This document shows, one piece after another, positions 57,258 through 64,000 of a stretch of DNA of 64,000 bases. The DNA lies in assembly GCA_003166795.1 (NCBI GenBank), contig PMUS01000096.1, positions 1,619-65,618 of the forward strand. Direction: 5' to 3'. This DNA is from Acidobacteriota bacterium. GTDB taxonomy: Bacteria > Acidobacteriota > Terriglobia > Acidiferrales > UBA7541. The first letter of the stretch is position 1; every line of letters starts with the position of its first letter. Under the pieces are notes generated by a model. The model saw only the letters and a program-made list of their open reading frames with translations, was not told the DNA's origin and ran no database searches. The position numbers and the translations under genes were made by a program.

Positions 57258-58327
57258 AGGCGCGCGAACCAGCTCTTCCGCTCAGGCGGCGGCAGCAGCA
57301 CCGTCGCCGTCATGCCCGTGAACAGCCTGCGGCCCTGATTTGGCAGGGACACTTTGATCGCGAATGTCTTGATGTCGCGCTTCGTGCGGCTGACGTCGCG
57401 CTGCGTCGCGAAATCGTTTTCCACTCCCTTGAAAAACACCTGTCCCTGTAGAACGTCGCCCGAAGGAAGCCGCACGCGGAGCGTTTGGTTGAAGCTGACC
57501 GAATCAATATAGCTTTCCTCCACGTCGGCGCGCACCCATAGATGGTCCACGTCCACCACCACGACGATCGGCGAGCCCTGCGCCACGACTTCGCCCTGCT
57601 TGGCCACGCGCACGGACACGATGCCGTCAATCGGCGCGTAAATCTTCGTGTAGCCGAGCTGCGTTTCGGTTTCGACAGCGGAAGCGCGGGCCTGTTCCAG
57701 TTGCGCGATGGTCGTGGCAATCTCGCTGCCGCGCACATCCACTTGCTTGCGGTTCGCCTGCGCGACGCCGAGCCCGGCTTCCTGCGCGTTCACGGAATCT
57801 TCGAGCGATTTAACATTGGCCAGCGAAGCATTGAGGGTCGCCTGCGCGTGATCGCGGTCTTGCGCTGATTCGACGCCGCTATCGAACAACTTCTGCATCC
57901 GGTCATGGTCCGTTTGATCGCGCCACAGATTTGCGCGCGCCTGGTCGAGTTGCGCCCGCGTGGAGGTGAGCATCGCAACCGCTTGCTTCACCGACGCCCC
58001 GGTTTGGTCGTCCGTCATTGAATAATTGTGATTCGCTTCGCCGACTTGCGCTTGCAGGCTGGCCACATTCGCGTTGGCGGCCGCCAGGCTCGCTTCAAGT
58101 TCTTTCGGGTCCAGCTCGGCGATCAGATCTCCCTTTTTCACGTCGGAGCCTTCATCCACCGTAAGCAGGATAATGCGGCCCGTGATCTGCGGGCTTACGA
58201 TCACTTCATTTCCGTCCACGATGCCAGTGAGCGGGATTTCCTTTCCCCACGGCGTCGAAAACAGATAGAACACCAGCGAGATGACAAAAACGATTCCGAT
58301 AATGGCGAATGTCTTCCAGCTGTTCAT
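57254..58327 (-). CDS. HlyD-family membrane fusion/adaptor protein
   Basis: It has an N-terminal TM, a lipoyl-like GDLIAELDP segment, long coiled-coil segments and a beta-barrel C-terminus. There is a 4-nt overlap with the ATPase gene. Confidence 0.88.
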   Translation of the reverse strand: MNSWKTFAIIGIVFVISLVFYLFSTPWGKEIPLTGIVDGNEVIVSPQITGRIILLTVDEGSDVKKGDLIAELDPKELEASLAAANANVASLQAQVGEANHNYSMTDDQTGASVKQAVAMLTSTRAQLDQARANLWRDQTDHDRMQKLFDSGVESAQDRDHAQATLNASLANVKSLEDSVNAQEAGLGVAQANRKQVDVRGSEIATTIAQLEQARASAVETETQLGYTKIYAPIDGIVSVRVAKQGEVVAQGSPIVVVVDVDHLWVRADVEESYIDSVSFNQTLRVRLPSGDVLQGQVFFKGVENDFATQRDVSRTKRDIKTFAIKVSLPNQGRRLFTGMTATVLLPPPERKSWFARL

Positions 58328-58962
58328 TAGGCCTTGGCTCCTTGGGGCATCAGAGCGTAATGCAGAAAATCGAGCAGCGCGCGCTTCCGCGCTGCAATCG
58401 CCTTCGGCGCCAGCAGATCGCGCCCCATCAGACTTCTCAGGATTGCCGCGCCGGCGAAATACGATGTCGTCATTTGCAGCGTCATCAGGGCGGTCTGATC
58501 GGGGTCAACGTCCCGAAACTCACCGTCCGCTTTTCCTTCCGCGACCGTCCGGGCAAGCTCGCGATGCAGCGGACGGAAAAACTCCGTCACCATCCACTTG
58601 AATTCCGGGCCTGCCTCCATCGCTTGCCGCTGAACCAGTCGCGGATAGTTCGGGTGCATGGCCAGAAAATCGAAATAGCCGTTTACCCCTGCAAAAAATC
58701 TGTCGCGCGGAGAAAGTTTCTTCCTCGCGGGTCCGAAAACCGCCGCGCGAAGCTGTCGCAACAAATTTTCCAGGACCGCGCGATGCAGGCGCCGTTTATT
58801 GCCGAAATAGTAGTAAAGCATCGCCTTGTTCGCGTGCGCGGCCGTGGCGATTTCCTCCGTGCGCGCTCCCGCCAGACCCTGCGCGGCAAAATGCTGCTCG
58901 GCCGCGGCCAGAATTCGCCTCGCCGTCGCCGGGTCTTCAACTCTTCTACGCCCGCTGGCCAT
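58327..58962 (-). CDS. TetR/AcrR family transcriptional regulator
   Basis: The HTH is ARTEEIATAAHANKAMLYYYFGNKRRL. It is the first gene of the efflux operon (CecR-YbhGFSR-like layout). Confidence 0.9.
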   Translation of the reverse strand: MASGRRRVEDPATARRILAAAEQHFAAQGLAGARTEEIATAAHANKAMLYYYFGNKRRLHRAVLENLLRQLRAAVFGPARKKLSPRDRFFAGVNGYFDFLAMHPNYPRLVQRQAMEAGPEFKWMVTEFFRPLHRELARTVAEGKADGEFRDVDPDQTALMTLQMTTSYFAGAAILRSLMGRDLLAPKAIAARKRALLDFLHYALMPQGAKA

Positions 58963-58969
58963 GATTGTT

Positions 58970-59953
<984 letters not shown>

Positions 59954-60057
59954 GAATTCCTCCTCAGCGACTATGCATTCTTCAACTAAACGGTTAGTTT
60001 AATCAGGAGCAGCGGCTCTGTCAAGCGAACCCAGACACGGATAGCCGGATACTCTGA

Positions 60058-61182
<1,125 letters not shown>

Positions 61183-61453
61183 GCGGGAAAACATTCCCGG
61201 AGCACAAGGCCCGAACGGCGGGCAATGCGAGAGTGATTCCACTTGCCCGGTAAGTCGTGGGAGCTCATCAGACGTTAGTGGCCCACCCCGGCAGATGACG
61301 TGGCGCCTCTCATATCGTTGCGTTGACAATCTTGCGCCGCGCTCTCTAAAACCGGCTTTTCCTTCCTCTCGATTTTGGTAGCCTATCCGCAGGCCATCCA
61401 TCGCACTGTTTAGTCGTCACTCAAGCTTCTAACGCTAAACGAGGCACCGAACT

Positions 61454-63049
61454 TTGCCACAAGATCTAAAAGCGCCGTCCAGCGTGCCCGCACCGACATT
61501 GTCCCGGAAATCGGCAGCGCCGGTTGCGGGAACCGGACAAGCCGGCGGGACGGTCGCGACAACCAAGCCTGACAAGCATGACGAACTGCGCTTGCTCGTG
61601 AATTCGCGCCACCCGCTCATTACCGTGGAGACGCCCGAAGAAGAGCGCCTCGAGCAGATGCTGCTCGAAGTTGCGACGGAATTAGGCGTACCGCTTTATG
61701 AGTGGACCGTCACGGCAGGGCTGGCGAAATACCGAGGCGGGGCGATTTACAACACGGAGCAGCCCGAGCAGGCGCTGGCGAATATTCCGTTGATACAGGG
61801 CGACACGATCTTCTTGCTTAAGGATTTTGCGCGCTACTGCGACAACGACAGAATCTGCCGCCGATTAAGGGATCTCGCGGAACAATTCAGGGCGGTGCGG
61901 CGAGCGATTGTGATTTCCGCCGCGTCGCTGCAATTGCCGGCGGAACTTGCGTCCGAAGCAGCGCCGTTTGAGCTGGGCCTACCCACGCCGGAGGAGTTGT
62001 TGCCGGGAGTCCGGGACATGCTTGCCGAAATAAATCGAGAGCAGCGCATTCCTGTGGCTCTGGATCTCGCGGGCATGGGACAAGTCGCGCGCAACTTGGC
62101 CGGACTTTCCGGAGAAGAAGCCATGCGCACGCTGCGGATGTGCGTCCTGTCGCGGGGACGCGCCGATGCCGGATTGCTGGACGACGTGCTGAACGCAAAG
62201 CGCCAGGCGCTGCGGAACGAAGGATTGATCGAGAGCGTGCGGCGCGATGCGTCATTTGCCGACGTGGCCGGACTGAAGCGCTTGCGTGAGTGGATCGACA
62301 AACGCAAAAGTGCATTGACGCCGGAAGGCCAGCGATTTGGACTGGTGCCGCCGAAGGGGATATTGATTACGGGCGTGCAGGGATGCGGGAAGAGCCTTGC
62401 AGCGCGGGCAGTGGCAGGCGAGTGGGGATTTGAGCTGGTGCGTCTGGATGCCGGAGCGTTGTACGACAAGTTTGTTGGGGAGAGCGAGAAGAATCTGCAC
62501 AAGGCGCTGGAACTGGCGCAGAAGCTAGCGCCGGTGGTGCTGTGGATCGATGAAATCGAGAAAGCGTTCGCGTCTGCAGGCGCAAGCGGGGACGCCGACG
62601 CGGGATTGTCGCAGCGGCTCCTGGCGACCCTGTTGACCTGGATGCAGGACCGCGAGGGCGGCGTCTTCTTGGCGGCGACGTCAAACAACATTACAGTTTT
62701 GCCGCCGGAGATGATGCGCAAGGGGCGATTCGACGAGATTTTCTTCGTGGACCTGCCCAGCGCTGAAGTTCGCGCGGCGCTCTTCGAGCTGCATTTGAAA
62801 AAGCGCGGGCGCGACGCGGCCACGTTCGATTTGACGAAACTCGCCGCCGCAAGCGAGGGCTTTTCCGGAGCGGAAATCGAGCAGGCGATTATCGCCGGGC
62901 TTTATACGGCGTTCGCGCAGAAGCAGCAACTGACAACCGACATTCTCCTCGCGGAGATGCGTTCGACCCAGCCACTCAGCGTGACTCGCGCTGAAGAAGT
63001 GGAATCGATCCGGCAATGGGCCAAGACGCGGGCCGCACCGGCCGATTGA
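61454..63049 (+). CDS. AAA+ ATPase, single classical AAA module with Ycf46-like N-terminal region
   Basis: GILITGVQGCGKS (Walker A), VLWIDEIEKAF (Walker B) and MRKGRFDEIFFVDLP are present. The N-terminal LLVNSRHPLITVETPEEERLEQ resembles Ycf46-type proteins. The start is TTG. Confidence 0.85.
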   Translation: MPQDLKAPSSVPAPTLSRKSAAPVAGTGQAGGTVATTKPDKHDELRLLVNSRHPLITVETPEEERLEQMLLEVATELGVPLYEWTVTAGLAKYRGGAIYNTEQPEQALANIPLIQGDTIFLLKDFARYCDNDRICRRLRDLAEQFRAVRRAIVISAASLQLPAELASEAAPFELGLPTPEELLPGVRDMLAEINREQRIPVALDLAGMGQVARNLAGLSGEEAMRTLRMCVLSRGRADAGLLDDVLNAKRQALRNEGLIESVRRDASFADVAGLKRLREWIDKRKSALTPEGQRFGLVPPKGILITGVQGCGKSLAARAVAGEWGFELVRLDAGALYDKFVGESEKNLHKALELAQKLAPVVLWIDEIEKAFASAGASGDADAGLSQRLLATLLTWMQDREGGVFLAATSNNITVLPPEMMRKGRFDEIFFVDLPSAEVRAALFELHLKKRGRDAATFDLTKLAAASEGFSGAEIEQAIIAGLYTAFAQKQQLTTDILLAEMRSTQPLSVTRAEEVESIRQWAKTRAAPAD

Positions 63050-63277
63050 TTCGCCGGCCACTTGAGTCGTTACCCACGCACGGGACGCCGTATCTCTAGC
63101 GTGTTCTGATTCCTGCCAGCGTGCGTATTTCCCACAATAGACAGCTCTGCCAAAACAGATTAGCGTGAGCAGGGGCAGTTTTTCGCCCCGCCACAAGTCG
63201 AATATGTGCCACCGCTCTCTAGATGAGAGCCGGATGCTCGTTGACAACTGAATAAAGCAGAAACGCCAGCGCCGGTC

Positions 63278-63414
63278 ATCAGGTGGAAGTGGGCCCTAAG
63301 GCTCACGAAACGCACCCCGGTAATCATGGTTTCGGCCAGGGGATATCAGGTGAAAGGGTGGGCCTTAAGGCCCACGAAACACACTCCCGGTAATTATGGT
63401 TTCAGCCATGGGAT
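63278..63414 (+). repeat. two tandem 67-bp units, each with a GTGGGCC-TTAA-GGCCCAC type hairpin
   Basis: Unit 1 starts at atcaggtggaagtgggccctaaggctcacgaaacgcac.... Unit 2 starts at 63345 with atcaggtgaaagggtgggccttaaggcccacgaaacacac.... The period is 67 nt. Confidence 0.85.
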
Positions 63415-63448
63415 ATTGCGTGCCGCCACTGCTCGCAGATCACCAACA

Positions 63449-63535
63449 AAGTGACACACCATGCAAAGTAATTTCTCGCGTAACGTCTTGAAAACAAAGG
63501 AAAGCAGCACCCGCAAAGTGACACACTTTCGACGA
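63449..63535 (+). repeat. paired GACAC-anchor repeat unit (AAAGTGACACAC type)
   Basis: AAAGTGACACAC occurs at 63449 and 63516 (67 nt apart). By eye the interior is about 80% identical to 5188-5242. Confidence 0.8.
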
Positions 63536-63587
63536 CCCTATAACAGGCCTCCCAGGTCGACGGTAAGTCGAGCCTGGGAGATCAATT

Positions 63588-63634
63588 GTCGTCCCGAGCG
63601 AATCCGCCAAGGCGAACGAGCCGAGGGATCTCTC
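63588..63634. repeat. CCGAGCG...GAGGGATCTCTC element carrying a hairpin insert (copy C)
   Basis: The sequence is gtcgtcccgagcgaatccgccaaggcgaacgagccgagggatctctc. A separate 12-bp-stem hairpin precedes it at 63549-63580. Confidence 0.6.
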
Positions 63635-63643
63635 GGAACTCAT

Positions 63644-63721
63644 TTCTAATCGCCACTGTGGCGATTAGAAACGCCCCCAAACCGCTGCAAACACAGAACG
63701 GCGGCCCTCTCTAATCGACAC
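63644..63721 (+). repeat. paired anchor unit (TCTAATCGNCAC type) whose first anchor forms a perfect 13-bp palindrome
   Basis: TTCTAATCGCCAC-t-GTGGCGATTAGAA spans 63644-63670, and CTCTAATCGACAC lies at 63709 (65 nt apart). Confidence 0.75.
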
Positions 63722-63794
63722 TCATCGGCCCCTCTCGAGAGTGCGGAAAAGTCGTCTAACAACGGAGGGGGAACCAGATCTTTGGGAGAGACGC

Positions 63795-64000
<206 letters not shown>

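Overview
High-GC (about 60-65%) bacterial chromosomal segment. Gene content and repeat types suggest an Acidobacteriota-like soil bacterium, but that is an impression, not a search result. Most of the window is ordinary core and metabolic DNA. It holds ispH; an FCY1-type cytosine deaminase next to an APC permease; a 2-oxoacid dehydrogenase E1 alpha/beta pair with a free-standing lipoyl protein; a minus-strand beta-oxidation operon (FadB-like, TonB-C protein, thiolase, acyl-CoA dehydrogenase); pckG; two M49 peptidase paralogs; the rimP-nusA-infB-DUF503-rbfA-truB operon; an FTR1-type iron permease with an FtsX/ABC module; mscL; trxB; a TlpA-like protein; a ferredoxin; a GH57 glucanotransferase-like enzyme; a TetR-HlyD-ABC-ABC2 efflux operon; two divergent aldo/keto reductases; a Ycf46-like AAA ATPase; and the 3' end of ddl. 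I found no rRNA, tRNA, CRISPR array, IS element or prophage. Three things stand out. (1) A 1048-aa orphan secretin has its C-domain split by a complete seven-blade FG-GAP propeller. (2) A dispersed repeat family in four intergenic loci is built from paired 11-13-nt GACAC anchors 65-67 nt apart, and the anchors co-vary within each pair. (3) Several atypical assemblies: an E1ab-plus-lipoyl-carrier set with no E2/E3, a Met-rich barrel with a Cys-rich partner, and an FTR1-DUF2318 fusion. All family assignments come from reading motifs in the supplied translations or my own; no database was queried.
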